A stretch of DNA of 64,000 nucleotides, taken from NCBI GenBank assembly GCA_038102985.1, contig JAYNYK010000004.1, positions 420 through 64,419 of the forward strand. The letters are read 5' to 3'. How positions within the stretch are numbered: the first letter of the stretch is position 1; every line of letters starts with the position of its first letter. Below, piece after piece: positions 21,314-30,291 of the stretch. The position numbers and the translations under genes are program-made. Below the pieces are notes generated by a model. It searched no databases, was not told the origin of the DNA, and worked only from the letters and a program-made list of their open reading frames with translations. Origin of the DNA: Halieaceae bacterium (GTDB lineage: Bacteria; Pseudomonadota; Gammaproteobacteria; Pseudomonadales; Halieaceae).

Positions 21314-22813
21314 ATGTCAGTCTTGAACATTACCGCTAAAGCGGCAGCCCCACTCAGTCAGATGAAAACACAGGCGTTGGTCGTCCTCATATCAGAGCGC
21401 AAATCTCTGGGGGCTCCCATGAAAGCGCTTGATAAGTTTCTTGGAGGCGCCGTATCTCGGAACGCCACCCACGGAGACTTTTCCCCGACCATTGGCGCCA
21501 CCTGTTGGCTCCCGGGCGCGGGGGCCGTGCACCGTGTTCTGTTAGTAGGCTGCGGTGACGTGAATCAGCGGACAGTGGCCTCTGATAAGAAGTTAGCAGA
21601 GGCCCTATCCAGAGCTCTCCTGAGCTGCGCCGCCAAAGATGCAATTATTTGGACAGAGGGTATCTCTCAAAAAGTGCGACAGCCTGAGCAATTATTGGAG
21701 CAGCTCGCCCTGCAACTGACGCTCTCGCACTATCAATATAGCCAGACGCTGAACCACCGCAAAAAGCCCGCGCGCTCGCTGCGGCGAGTTGCGATTTCAC
21801 CCGCGAATCTCTGCTCCCCTGCTGTTGCCAAGCGAGCTGTTGCGGCAGGGTCAGCCACGGGCAAGGGCGCCAACCTCACGAGAGAGCTGGTCAACCTCCC
21901 CGGCAATGTTTGCACGCCCCGCTACCTCGCCGGGGAGGCACGAAAACTGGCCAGGCAACATTCCAGCCTCTCCGTCTCAATTTTGGACGAGCGCAAGATG
22001 GCAGAACTTGGCATGCACTCTCTGCTGTCAGTAGGGAACGGCTCTGAACAACCTTCCCGCTTGATTACCATAAAATATCAAGGCGCGTCACCAAAATCTC
22101 GGCCCTACTGTCTGGTGGGCAAAGGCATCACTTTCGACACCGGAGGCATCAGTCTTAAACCCGGGGCGAAAATGGATGAAATGAAATTTGATATGGGCGG
22201 CGCAGCCTCTGTCTTTGGAACCATCCACGCCGCTGCGCTTTTGAAACTGCCCATCAATATTGTGGGGGTCATAGCGGCTGCGGAGAACATGCCCAGCGGG
22301 AGAGCGACCAAACCCGGCGACGTCGTGACCAGTCTCTCTGGCAAGACTATCGAAATTTTGAATACCGATGCAGAGGGCCGTCTGGTGCTTTGCGACGCGC
22401 TCACCTACGTATCGAAATTTTCCCCAGAAGAAGTGGTAGATATTGCGACGCTGACGGGAGCGATCATTGTCTCTTTAGGCCAAGAGGCAACCGGCATTTT
22501 TTCTAATAACGATCACCTTGCTGACAGTCTTCTGGCGGCGGGGGTTAGAGCCCATGACCGTGGCTGGCGATTCCCTATCTGGGAGGAATACCACCGTCAG
22601 CTGGAGAGTCCATTTGCAGACCTAGCCAACATTGGCACCGGTGGTGCTGGCAGCATTACCGCCGCCTGTTTTCTCGCCCAATTCGCCGAGGATTACCACT
22701 GGGCCCACCTCGACATTGCGGGGACGGCCTTCAAGAGCTCTCCCAAAGGCGCAACCGGTCGCCCGGTGCCCATGCTGGTCAATTACCTCCGAGAGCGCTC
22801 GGGGCAGCGATGA
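21314..22813 (+). CDS. pepA: Leucyl aminopeptidase (M17)
   Basis: VGKGITFDTGG, MKFDMGGA, NTDAEGRL, ATLTGA; AGGA RBS before 21314. Confidence 0.95.
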   Translation: MSVLNITAKAAAPLSQMKTQALVVLISERKSLGAPMKALDKFLGGAVSRNATHGDFSPTIGATCWLPGAGAVHRVLLVGCGDVNQRTVASDKKLAEALSRALLSCAAKDAIIWTEGISQKVRQPEQLLEQLALQLTLSHYQYSQTLNHRKKPARSLRRVAISPANLCSPAVAKRAVAAGSATGKGANLTRELVNLPGNVCTPRYLAGEARKLARQHSSLSVSILDERKMAELGMHSLLSVGNGSEQPSRLITIKYQGASPKSRPYCLVGKGITFDTGGISLKPGAKMDEMKFDMGGAASVFGTIHAAALLKLPINIVGVIAAAENMPSGRATKPGDVVTSLSGKTIEILNTDAEGRLVLCDALTYVSKFSPEEVVDIATLTGAIIVSLGQEATGIFSNNDHLADSLLAAGVRAHDRGWRFPIWEEYHRQLESPFADLANIGTGGAGSITAACFLAQFAEDYHWAHLDIAGTAFKSSPKGATGRPVPMLVNYLRERSGQR

Positions 22814-23238
22814 CAAAAATCGATTTTTATGTCCTTCCCGATGACGGCAGCTTGCCTATCGAGGTCGCCATCGGGCGTCTGGCAGAAAAAGCGAGCGCCC
22901 GAGGCCATCAGGTGTTTATTCAGACCGAAAATGAGCAGCAGACAAATCAGCTTGACGAGGCACTTTGGGCTTTTCGTCCGTCCAGCTTTCTGCCTCACTC
23001 CCTTGCTACCGAGGCCTGTCTGGAGCAAGTCATTATTGGACACCAAGATCCACCTATGGCCTGCAGTGACGTCATCATCAACGTGACCCGGGCGATTCCC
23101 GGCTGCTTTTCCCGTTTTGGCCGCATGGCAGAAATTGTTACGCACGATGAAGCCGCGATCGCGGCTTCTCGAGATGCTTGGCGATTTTATCGGGACCGAG
23201 GCTATCCACTGGCAAAGCACGAACTCCGTGCGTCGTAA
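22810..23238 (+). CDS. holC: DNA polymerase III chi subunit
   Basis: IDFYVL, LDEALW.F...SFLPH, YRDRGYPL; pepA-holC-valS order. Confidence 0.92.
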   Translation: MTKIDFYVLPDDGSLPIEVAIGRLAEKASARGHQVFIQTENEQQTNQLDEALWAFRPSSFLPHSLATEACLEQVIIGHQDPPMACSDVIINVTRAIPGCFSRFGRMAEIVTHDEAAIAASRDAWRFYRDRGYPLAKHELRAS

Positions 23239-23262
23239 ACTGGTAGTAAGGCTGTTTAAACT

Positions 23263-26037
23263 GTGACCATGGAAAAGAATTTTTCACCGGCCAACATTGA
23301 AAATCGGTGGTACGACGCATGGGAATCGGCGGGCTATTTTGCGCCCTCTGGCAATGGACCCGCTTATTGCATTCCTATCCCACCGCCTAACGTGACGGGA
23401 ACGTTGCATATGGGCCACGGCTTTCAGCAAGCCATTATGGATGCGCTGGTCCGCTATCACCGAATGAGGGGCTATAACACCCTATGGCAAGTCGGCACCG
23501 ATCATGCCGGGATCGCGACACAAATGGTAGTTGAGCGACAGCTGGAGGCGGAGGGCTCCTCTCGAGAGGCGCTCGGCCGCGAGGCCTTCGTCGAGAGAGT
23601 CTGGGACTGGAAAGCACATTCAGGTGGCGCCATTACCCAGCAGCTTCGTCGACTGGGGACTTCTCCTGACTGGCAGCGCGAGAGGTTCACAATGGATCCG
23701 GGGCTGTCCAGTGCGGTGCAGCAGGTTTTTATCACTTTATATGAGAAGGGTCTGATTTACCGTGGCCACCGACTAGTGAACTGGGACCCACAATTTCACA
23801 CCGCGATATCTGATCTCGAGGTCGTACAAGAGGAGGAGCAAGGCTCCCTTTGGCACCTGCGATACCCCCTCAGCAACGGCGAAGGACATCTTGTCGTCGC
23901 CACCACACGCCCAGAGACCATGCTGGGCGATACGGCGGTAGCGGTTCACCCCAGCGATGAGCGTTATCAGCACCTTGTCGGCAAAACGATCGAGCTGCCG
24001 CTCACAGGTCGGAGCATCCCTATCATTGCAGATGATTACGTCGATCCGGAGTTTGGTTCTGGATGCGTCAAAATCACCCCCGCCCATGACTTTAACGATT
24101 ACGCAATGGGCGAAAGACATCAGCTGCCAAAGATCAACATTCTCACAGCGAGCGCTGCGCTCAATAATGCCGTGCCGGATCGCTTTCGCGGCCTCGACAG
24201 ATTTGTTGCCCGCGAGGCAATTATCGCGGAGCTTGACGCGCTGGGGCTACTCGATAAAGTTGAGCCGCATGTCCTAAAAGTGCCCCGCGGGGATCGATCG
24301 GGCGCCGTCATCGAACCCTGGCTGACACCGCAATGGTACGTCGACGCCAAAAAACTCGCCGTGCCTGCTATTAGCGCGGTCGAAAACGGTGATATTCAAT
24401 TCGTACCCAAACAGTGGGAGAACACTTACTTCTCCTGGATGCGCGACATTCAGGACTGGTGCATCAGCCGCCAGCTGTGGTGGGGGCACAGGATTCCCGC
24501 CTGGTACGACGCTGATAATCAAGTGTATGTCGGGGAATCAGAAGAGCAGATTCGGCGAGATCATGGTTTGGATGCTTCCGTGACACTGACCCAGGACGAG
24601 GACGTCCTCGACACTTGGTTCTCCTCCGCCCTGTGGACTTTTTCCACCCTCGGATGGCCTGAGAAAAATCCGGATCTAACGACTTTTCATCCCGCATCGG
24701 TACTGGTGACCGGCTTTGACATTATTTTCTTCTGGGTGGCGAGGATGATCATGATGTCGCTGGCGTTCATGGAAGAAGTCCCCTTTCACACCGTTTATGT
24801 TCACGGACTGGTTCGCGACGGAGAAGGGCAGAAAATGTCCAAGTCCAAAGGCAACGTACTTGATCCGATCGACTTGATTGATGGCATCGAACTGGAGGCG
24901 CTGGTCGCCAAACGAACAGCCAACTTGATGCAGCCTCAGCTGACGAAGAAAATAGAAAAGGCCACCCGGAAGCAATTTCCCGAGGGCATCCCGGGCTATG
25001 GCACCGACGCCCTTCGCTACACCTTTTATTCCCTCGCCTCCACCGGGCGAGATATCAAGTTTGATATCGGACGCATGGAGGGCTACCGGAATTTTTGCAA
25101 CAAAATATGGAACGCAGCCCGGTACGTGCTTAGTCATACAGAAAGCCATGATCTGACTGCAGAGCGAGGCACCCTGTCTCTCGCGGATCGATGGATTCGC
25201 AGCCAAGTGCAGTCAACGCTGCAAACCGTGGACACCGCCTTGGCTGGTTTTCGCTTCGATCTGGCCGCACAGGCGCTTTACGACTTTGTTTGGAACGAAT
25301 TCTGTGACTGGTACCTTGAGCTTTCCAAACCTGTGCTGTGGGACGAAGAGCAACACCCCTCGCACTTGCTCGGCACGCGTCAGACCCTTGCAGAAGTGCT
25401 AGAGCAGGCGCTTCGCATGCTGCATCCATTCATGCCATTCGTCACCGAGGAAATCTGGCAAAGCGTGAGCCCGATAACCGGCACTCAGGGAGACAGCATA
25501 ATGCTGGCGCCCTGGCCCACATCCGAGCCAGACCAAGAAGACCTCGAGGCAGAGAACGAAATCGAATGGATGAAAGGCATTATTGTGGCCATCAGAACGA
25601 TACGATCCGAAGCCAACATACCTCCCTCCAGAATGCTCGAAGTCACCATCGCAAACACCAGTGACAATGATCGCGAGAGACTTGAGCGAAATGCGGGTTT
25701 CCTACAGCGGCTGTCGAAAAGCACCGCTATTGCCGCGATTGAGGATCGAGATTCCGCACCGCCCAGCTTGATAGCCTTGTGTGGCGACCTCGAAGTGCGC
25801 GTGCCCATGGCGGGATTAGTCGACATTGCCGACGAACTGGCTCGACTCGACAAGGAGATCGCCAAGGTGCGGGCAGACATGGCTAAACTCGATGGTAAGC
25901 TGACCAACAGAAACTTCATTGAGCGCGCTCCCGCGGATATTGTTGCAGCAGAGCGTAAGAAACTCGAGCAGGCAGAGAGCGCTTTGGCCGTGCTTCAGGA
26001 GCAACGAAAACATATTGAGGAGTTGCGTTCTGACTAA
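23263..26037 (+). CDS. valS: Valine--tRNA ligase
   Basis: [29 protein letters not shown]; C-terminal coiled coil. Confidence 0.97.
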   Translation: MTMEKNFSPANIENRWYDAWESAGYFAPSGNGPAYCIPIPPPNVTGTLHMGHGFQQAIMDALVRYHRMRGYNTLWQVGTDHAGIATQMVVERQLEAEGSSREALGREAFVERVWDWKAHSGGAITQQLRRLGTSPDWQRERFTMDPGLSSAVQQVFITLYEKGLIYRGHRLVNWDPQFHTAISDLEVVQEEEQGSLWHLRYPLSNGEGHLVVATTRPETMLGDTAVAVHPSDERYQHLVGKTIELPLTGRSIPIIADDYVDPEFGSGCVKITPAHDFNDYAMGERHQLPKINILTASAALNNAVPDRFRGLDRFVAREAIIAELDALGLLDKVEPHVLKVPRGDRSGAVIEPWLTPQWYVDAKKLAVPAISAVENGDIQFVPKQWENTYFSWMRDIQDWCISRQLWWGHRIPAWYDADNQVYVGESEEQIRRDHGLDASVTLTQDEDVLDTWFSSALWTFSTLGWPEKNPDLTTFHPASVLVTGFDIIFFWVARMIMMSLAFMEEVPFHTVYVHGLVRDGEGQKMSKSKGNVLDPIDLIDGIELEALVAKRTANLMQPQLTKKIEKATRKQFPEGIPGYGTDALRYTFYSLASTGRDIKFDIGRMEGYRNFCNKIWNAARYVLSHTESHDLTAERGTLSLADRWIRSQVQSTLQTVDTALAGFRFDLAAQALYDFVWNEFCDWYLELSKPVLWDEEQHPSHLLGTRQTLAEVLEQALRMLHPFMPFVTEEIWQSVSPITGTQGDSIMLAPWPTSEPDQEDLEAENEIEWMKGIIVAIRTIRSEANIPPSRMLEVTIANTSDNDRERLERNAGFLQRLSKSTAIAAIEDRDSAPPSLIALCGDLEVRVPMAGLVDIADELARLDKEIAKVRADMAKLDGKLTNRNFIERAPADIVAAERKKLEQAESALAVLQEQRKHIEELRSD

Positions 26038-26090
26038 AGCCCTGATATCACTGTGCAGGATAATAATTCTAAAACGGTGGAGTCTCAGTC

Positions 26091-26303
26091 ATGTCAGACC
26101 GCCATGTGGGCACCGTCAAGTGGTTCAATAATGCGAAAGGATTCGGTTTTATCACGATGGCCGATAGGCCCGATGACATCTTCGTGCATTTTCGGGCCAT
26201 TCAAGGCGACGGTTATCGGAGTCTCAACGAGGGACAAGAAGTGGAATTCGTCCTAGTCGAGGGCCCAAAAGGGCTTCAGGCTGAGGAAGTGACCAAGCGC
26301 TAA
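26091..26303 (+). CDS. Cold-shock domain protein (CspA family)
   Basis: [15 protein letters not shown] (RNP1), IFVHF (RNP2), GPKGLQA. Confidence 0.93.
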   Translation: MSDRHVGTVKWFNNAKGFGFITMADRPDDIFVHFRAIQGDGYRSLNEGQEVEFVLVEGPKGLQAEEVTKR

Positions 26304-26359
26304 TACCCAGATCAAAAGAGGTTTGCTAAGCTCGCGGCCCCAACAGAGCGAGCACAACC

Positions 26360-27037
26360 ATGCCCAGTCCAAAATCCGTGCGTCCAGATGTTCCAAAAAA
26401 ATCCCACGGGACCCGAAAAAAAACCGCTGCCAAGCAGCTGCGGCGCTTCAGGGGTGTGGTCATGCCCTACGCAGGTCATGCAAGCATTCGGGCAGTGAAA
26501 CGGGCAGGGCATGAACCGAGCATTCATGGCACCAAACTCTGGAAATCAAGTTGCCTGATCATTGATTACCTGAACAAAAATAAGCCCAAGCGAACGGATC
26601 GCGTTCTGGATGCCGGCTGCGGCTGGGGCGTCACAGGTATCTGGTGCGCAAAGCAATGGGGATCGGACACCCGCTCAATGGACGCTGACCCCGCAGTCTT
26701 TCCGTTCTTGAACGCAGTCGCAACGCTCAACGGTGTCACCACGGAGCCCTGGGTGAAGCGATTCGAGCAAGTGAAGCAGAAAGACTTGGAAACGATCGAT
26801 GTGCTCGTTGGTGGCGACATTTGTTTTTGGGACGAGTTGGTAAAACCCGTGGGCAAATTGATTGATCGTGCCATTGCCGCCGGAGTCGGCACGATTGTGA
26901 TTGGCGATCCTGAGCGACCCACGTTCCACGAGATGGCGGCGCGAGTGATCGATAAGCACGGGGGTGAACTCCTCGATTGGCGCCTGAGCGGCGCAGTGAA
27001 GGCTACCGGCGCCCTGCTTGTCATCCACAATGACTAA
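26360..27037 (+). CDS. Class I SAM-dependent methyltransferase (Methyltransf_16/METTL21-like)
   Basis: HGTKLWKSS, VLDAGCGWG, GGDICFW, IGDPER. Confidence 0.75.
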   Translation: MPSPKSVRPDVPKKSHGTRKKTAAKQLRRFRGVVMPYAGHASIRAVKRAGHEPSIHGTKLWKSSCLIIDYLNKNKPKRTDRVLDAGCGWGVTGIWCAKQWGSDTRSMDADPAVFPFLNAVATLNGVTTEPWVKRFEQVKQKDLETIDVLVGGDICFWDELVKPVGKLIDRAIAAGVGTIVIGDPERPTFHEMAARVIDKHGGELLDWRLSGAVKATGALLVIHND

Positions 27038-28246
27038 CTAATCTAGGAACACAAATTGCGCGTTGAATTCACTCGTCGAGCTCGGGCTTTCGCAGTCGTC
27101 GAATGCGGGCCGAAAACGAGTCTCTCGTAGCTTTCTCCTCATGCTGACAGGAGTGCCGCCGTCAGCAGCAGCATCAATGAGCGAGACCACGATATCAGAG
27201 GGCACACCCCGCTTATTCACTTGCAAAGTGACGTTGACCGCCGTGCCGGAATTGCCAAAGGCCCTGTAACGACTGAGAGCCGGGTACTCCGGTAGCGGCG
27301 CTGGAAGACTGAAGCGCGTCGGCTGCAATCTGCAAGCATCTCGATACAGCCGGGTCGCCGCCGTGCGTTTTTGATAAAACCAGTGCCAGTCAGCTAAGCC
27401 AGCGAGTCCATCATGGGCCCCAGGATCAATCGCCAGTAATCGATCAAAAACCGCTTCTCCTTGCTGAAAAAGCCGTCTTTGCAACGCTTCCATCCGAGGC
27501 TCTCGATCCATTAACTCCCAGTTCGGGCTGCCAAAACGGGGTTCGAATCTCGGATCATCAACAAAAGCATCGAGCTTGTATTCAAGCAAATAGTAGAATC
27601 GAATGAGTCGGAAAGAGAAAAACTGGCACCATGCTGGCCCTACATCGGGGTCCGCGCAGACTGATTCGGTCAGGGTGTCGAACCGGTCATGAAAACGCAG
27701 CAGTTCTCGTGCTCTGCTTTCCCAACTTGCATCCATTAGCGCGTCAAGGGTAACGTCAAAAAACTCCCCAGCGGCTGTGAGCTCTGCGGCATTGAATGGT
27801 GGCAGTCCGGAGCCCAATAGCCGAAATTGATACTCTGCTCTTTTCTCGAACCCCTCCCTGTCACCCGAAGCCAGGTAAAGATCCAGCAGGCCGCGCAGAA
27901 TAGGTAGCTGCTGATCCCCATACAAACCGTCATTCACTCGAACAGTGTGTAGCGCCCTGTCGTAAAGCCGCTCTGCCCGCGCCAGCGCTCCCGCATCCGT
28001 GGCCAGCTTAGCAGTTGCTACAGTAAGCGGGACCAAATCGGGATGATAAGGCCCCAACTCGCGCTGCTTGGCATTCAAAGCGTCAATCGCTTGGTCGAGA
28101 TCAGCCAAACCCGAGATATCCACGTCTGCCGAAGCGACGTTTGACTCAATCCAATCTCTGGCTTGCATGTCCAGGCCAAAAGGCAGCGGCGTGTCCGCAT
28201 AGGCAAGACCGCTCAGCCACCCTAGCGCAATGAGAAATCGCTTCAC
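27038..28246 (-). CDS. Exported TPR-like protein with TonB-C-like C-terminus
   Basis: GTG start VKRFLIALGWLSGLAYA (signal peptide); GPYHPDL, ALHTVRVNDGLY..Q, LADWHWF helical repeats; C-terminal VNKRG.P..RFRP. ORF-track start at 28342 runs through a terminator. Confidence 0.6.
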   Translation of the reverse strand: MKRFLIALGWLSGLAYADTPLPFGLDMQARDWIESNVASADVDISGLADLDQAIDALNAKQRELGPYHPDLVPLTVATAKLATDAGALARAERLYDRALHTVRVNDGLYGDQQLPILRGLLDLYLASGDREGFEKRAEYQFRLLGSGLPPFNAAELTAAGEFFDVTLDALMDASWESRARELLRFHDRFDTLTESVCADPDVGPAWCQFFSFRLIRFYYLLEYKLDAFVDDPRFEPRFGSPNWELMDREPRMEALQRRLFQQGEAVFDRLLAIDPGAHDGLAGLADWHWFYQKRTAATRLYRDACRLQPTRFSLPAPLPEYPALSRYRAFGNSGTAVNVTLQVNKRGVPSDIVVSLIDAAADGGTPVSMRRKLRETRFRPAFDDCESPSSTSEFNAQFVFLD

Positions 28247-28284
28247 ACCAGCACCGTGTTTAGTTGCGAACCGCAATATAACGC

Positions 28285-28311
28285 AAAAAAAACCCGCCTC
28301 GGTGAGGCGGG
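28285..28311 (-). terminator. Rho-independent terminator
   Basis: Minus strand CCCGCCTC-ACC-GAGGCGGG-TTTTTTTT: perfect 8-bp GC-rich stem plus U8. Confidence 0.88.
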
Positions 28312-28387
28312 CTGAGGCTGGACAAACATTCCCGTCAGTCAACGCTTCAAAGGGAAAAGCGTCACCTGCCGATAGGGAACCTGTCTG
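28285..28387 (-). ncRNA. Candidate ~100-nt structured sRNA or attenuator leader
   Basis: Long imperfect hairpin (GACAGG-UUCCC/GGGAA-UG-UUUGUC; GACGCUU/AAGCGUU, loop UUCCCUUUG) followed by an intrinsic terminator; no plausible CDS ends here; 5' end estimated. Confidence 0.55.
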
Positions 28388-28467
28388 CTACTATCCATAA
28401 CCGAAGTCCATAAAACTAATGTATTTGCCGCATTACATTCAGTCTTACCTGTTATAGGCCATGAGAG

Positions 28468-29409
28468 ATGAACTTAACTAGACTCGCACGAATTGACCTT
28501 AACCTGCTGGTTTCATTGCATATATTGATCGAGGAAGGCAGCGTCTCCAGGGCGGCCGGTCGACTGTCGATCACGCAGCCGGCCATGTCTAAAACATTGG
28601 GGCGATTACGCGAGACCTTTGATGATCCACTGTTCGTTCGGAGCAAAAGGGGCATCCAGCCCACCCCCAGAGCATTAAGCCTGGCCGCGGATTTGAAGAG
28701 TCTGCTGGGTCAGGTTGATGCGCTGCTTGACGCAGGGGACTTCTCTCCCGCCGCTTACCGGGGCGAGATTACGCTGGCAATCTCAGAATACGTCGGCTTC
28801 ACGCTATTGCCTCCCCTGTCGGCCCGCCTCGAATCCAGCGCTCCGCGCTTGAGGCTCAGGACCATCACGCGGGCTGAGCGGCAGTTGGATCAGCTCGCAA
28901 AGGGTGAACTGGATTTGGCGATTCAGATTCATCGGGAGGAATATCCACCGGAGTACACCGTCGCACCGCTGGCGGCGTCACCCCTGGCCATTTTTGTTCG
29001 ACAGGAACACCCATTGGTAGAGCAGACGCTGACTAGCGAGCTGGTGCGCCAATACCCGCAGGTTGCACTTTACGTCGCTGATCGAGAAGAGCTCATTGGT
29101 GGGCAGGTGCTCGCGCGCGGCTTGTTTGAGAGTGACAAAGGTACACTGGAAACCTCCCACTTGCTCACCGCTTTCGAAGTATTGAGGGAGACAGACTACC
29201 TGCTCATTTGTCCTGCTTACCTCGCCCGCAACGAGGGTGCGACTCGCGATATCGTGGCACTGACTCTGCCCGTCGATCTCACCTTTAGCGTCCAGTACTC
29301 ACTGATCGCCCATAAACGTACAGAGCACTCACCCGTTCACCAATGGCTCTGGCATGAAATCATTGAAACGGTGCAGGCAATGCGTTTTCGCACGGTTCAT
29401 CGGGGCTAG
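28468..29409 (+). CDS. LysR-family transcriptional regulator (NodD/YidZ-like)
   Basis: IDLNLLVSL, SVSRAA.RLSITQPAMSKTLGRLRETFDDPLFVR HTH. Confidence 0.92.
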   Translation: MNLTRLARIDLNLLVSLHILIEEGSVSRAAGRLSITQPAMSKTLGRLRETFDDPLFVRSKRGIQPTPRALSLAADLKSLLGQVDALLDAGDFSPAAYRGEITLAISEYVGFTLLPPLSARLESSAPRLRLRTITRAERQLDQLAKGELDLAIQIHREEYPPEYTVAPLAASPLAIFVRQEHPLVEQTLTSELVRQYPQVALYVADREELIGGQVLARGLFESDKGTLETSHLLTAFEVLRETDYLLICPAYLARNEGATRDIVALTLPVDLTFSVQYSLIAHKRTEHSPVHQWLWHEIIETVQAMRFRTVHRG

Positions 29410-29484
29410 GCCTGCCCTTCCGCGCCCAGCGCCCAGCGCCCGGAAATATGCGATACTGCGCGCCCCCGAGCTGTAGCGTCCGGA

Positions 29485-30291
29485 ATGAATCCAACCCCCG
29501 ACAAAACGATTCCGCGTTTTTCGACGCCGATTGTGGAAACTCACTGCCATTTAGATTACCTGAACACGCAGGCGCTACAGGCCACACTGGACGCGGCCAT
29601 TGCTCAGGGCATAGAGCGCATCGTCACCATCGCTGTGTCACCCGACAATCTCGATACCGTGCAGGACCTCGCCAACCGTCACCAGCAGGTATGGTGCACA
29701 CAAGGCATTCATCCGCACGAGGCAAGCACGTGGAACAGTGAGGTTGCAGCGCGTGTAACCGCCGGCTGTCGGCACGAGCGCACGGTTGCGATAGGCGAGA
29801 TTGGACTCGATTATCACTATGATCACAGTGATCGCTCCGCACAGGCAGCGGCATTTGATGAACAGCTGCAAATCGCTGCACAACAAAATTTACCAGTTGT
29901 TATTCATACCCGTGACGCCGACGACGATACTCGTGCCGTCTTGGCTAATCACAGCCGATGCCTTCAGAGAAAAGGGGTAATTCACAGCTTCACCAGTTCT
30001 TTAGGGCTGGCAGAATTCTGTCTGGCGGAGGGCTTTGTGCTCGGCTTCAACGGCATCACCACCTTTAAAAATGCGGATAATGTTCGCGCTGTTGTTCACG
30101 CCACCCCCGCTGAAGCCATTGTGCTAGAGACCGATGCCCCTTACCTCACCCCAACACCCTTTCGCGGAAAACCCAACGCGCCCTGCTACCTGCCTCTGAT
30201 CGCAAAAAAACTGGCTGAGCTCAAATCCATTGAAATAGAGCAATTCCTAAATTTGGCCCGCAATACCAGTTACCAGCTTTTTTTTAAGTAA
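29485..30291 (+). CDS. TatD family hydrolase
   Basis: ETHCHLD, GIHPH, IGEIGLDY, IHTRDA, IHSF, LETDAPYL. Confidence 0.92.
   Translation: MNPTPDKTIPRFSTPIVETHCHLDYLNTQALQATLDAAIAQGIERIVTIAVSPDNLDTVQDLANRHQQVWCTQGIHPHEASTWNSEVAARVTAGCRHERTVAIGEIGLDYHYDHSDRSAQAAAFDEQLQIAAQQNLPVVIHTRDADDDTRAVLANHSRCLQRKGVIHSFTSSLGLAEFCLAEGFVLGFNGITTFKNADNVRAVVHATPAEAIVLETDAPYLTPTPFRGKPNAPCYLPLIAKKLAELKSIEIEQFLNLARNTSYQLFFK

Noticed and set aside
28247-28342. N-terminal extension (MTDGNVCPASARLTEAGFFC...) of the 434-aa ORF
   Set aside because: It translates through the terminator hairpin and U-tract; a good signal peptide starts at GTG 28246
29422-29442. GCGCCCA x3 (last copy imperfect) microrepeat between LysR and tatD
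   Set aside because: Too short; no spacers or other copies, so not CRISPR or REP
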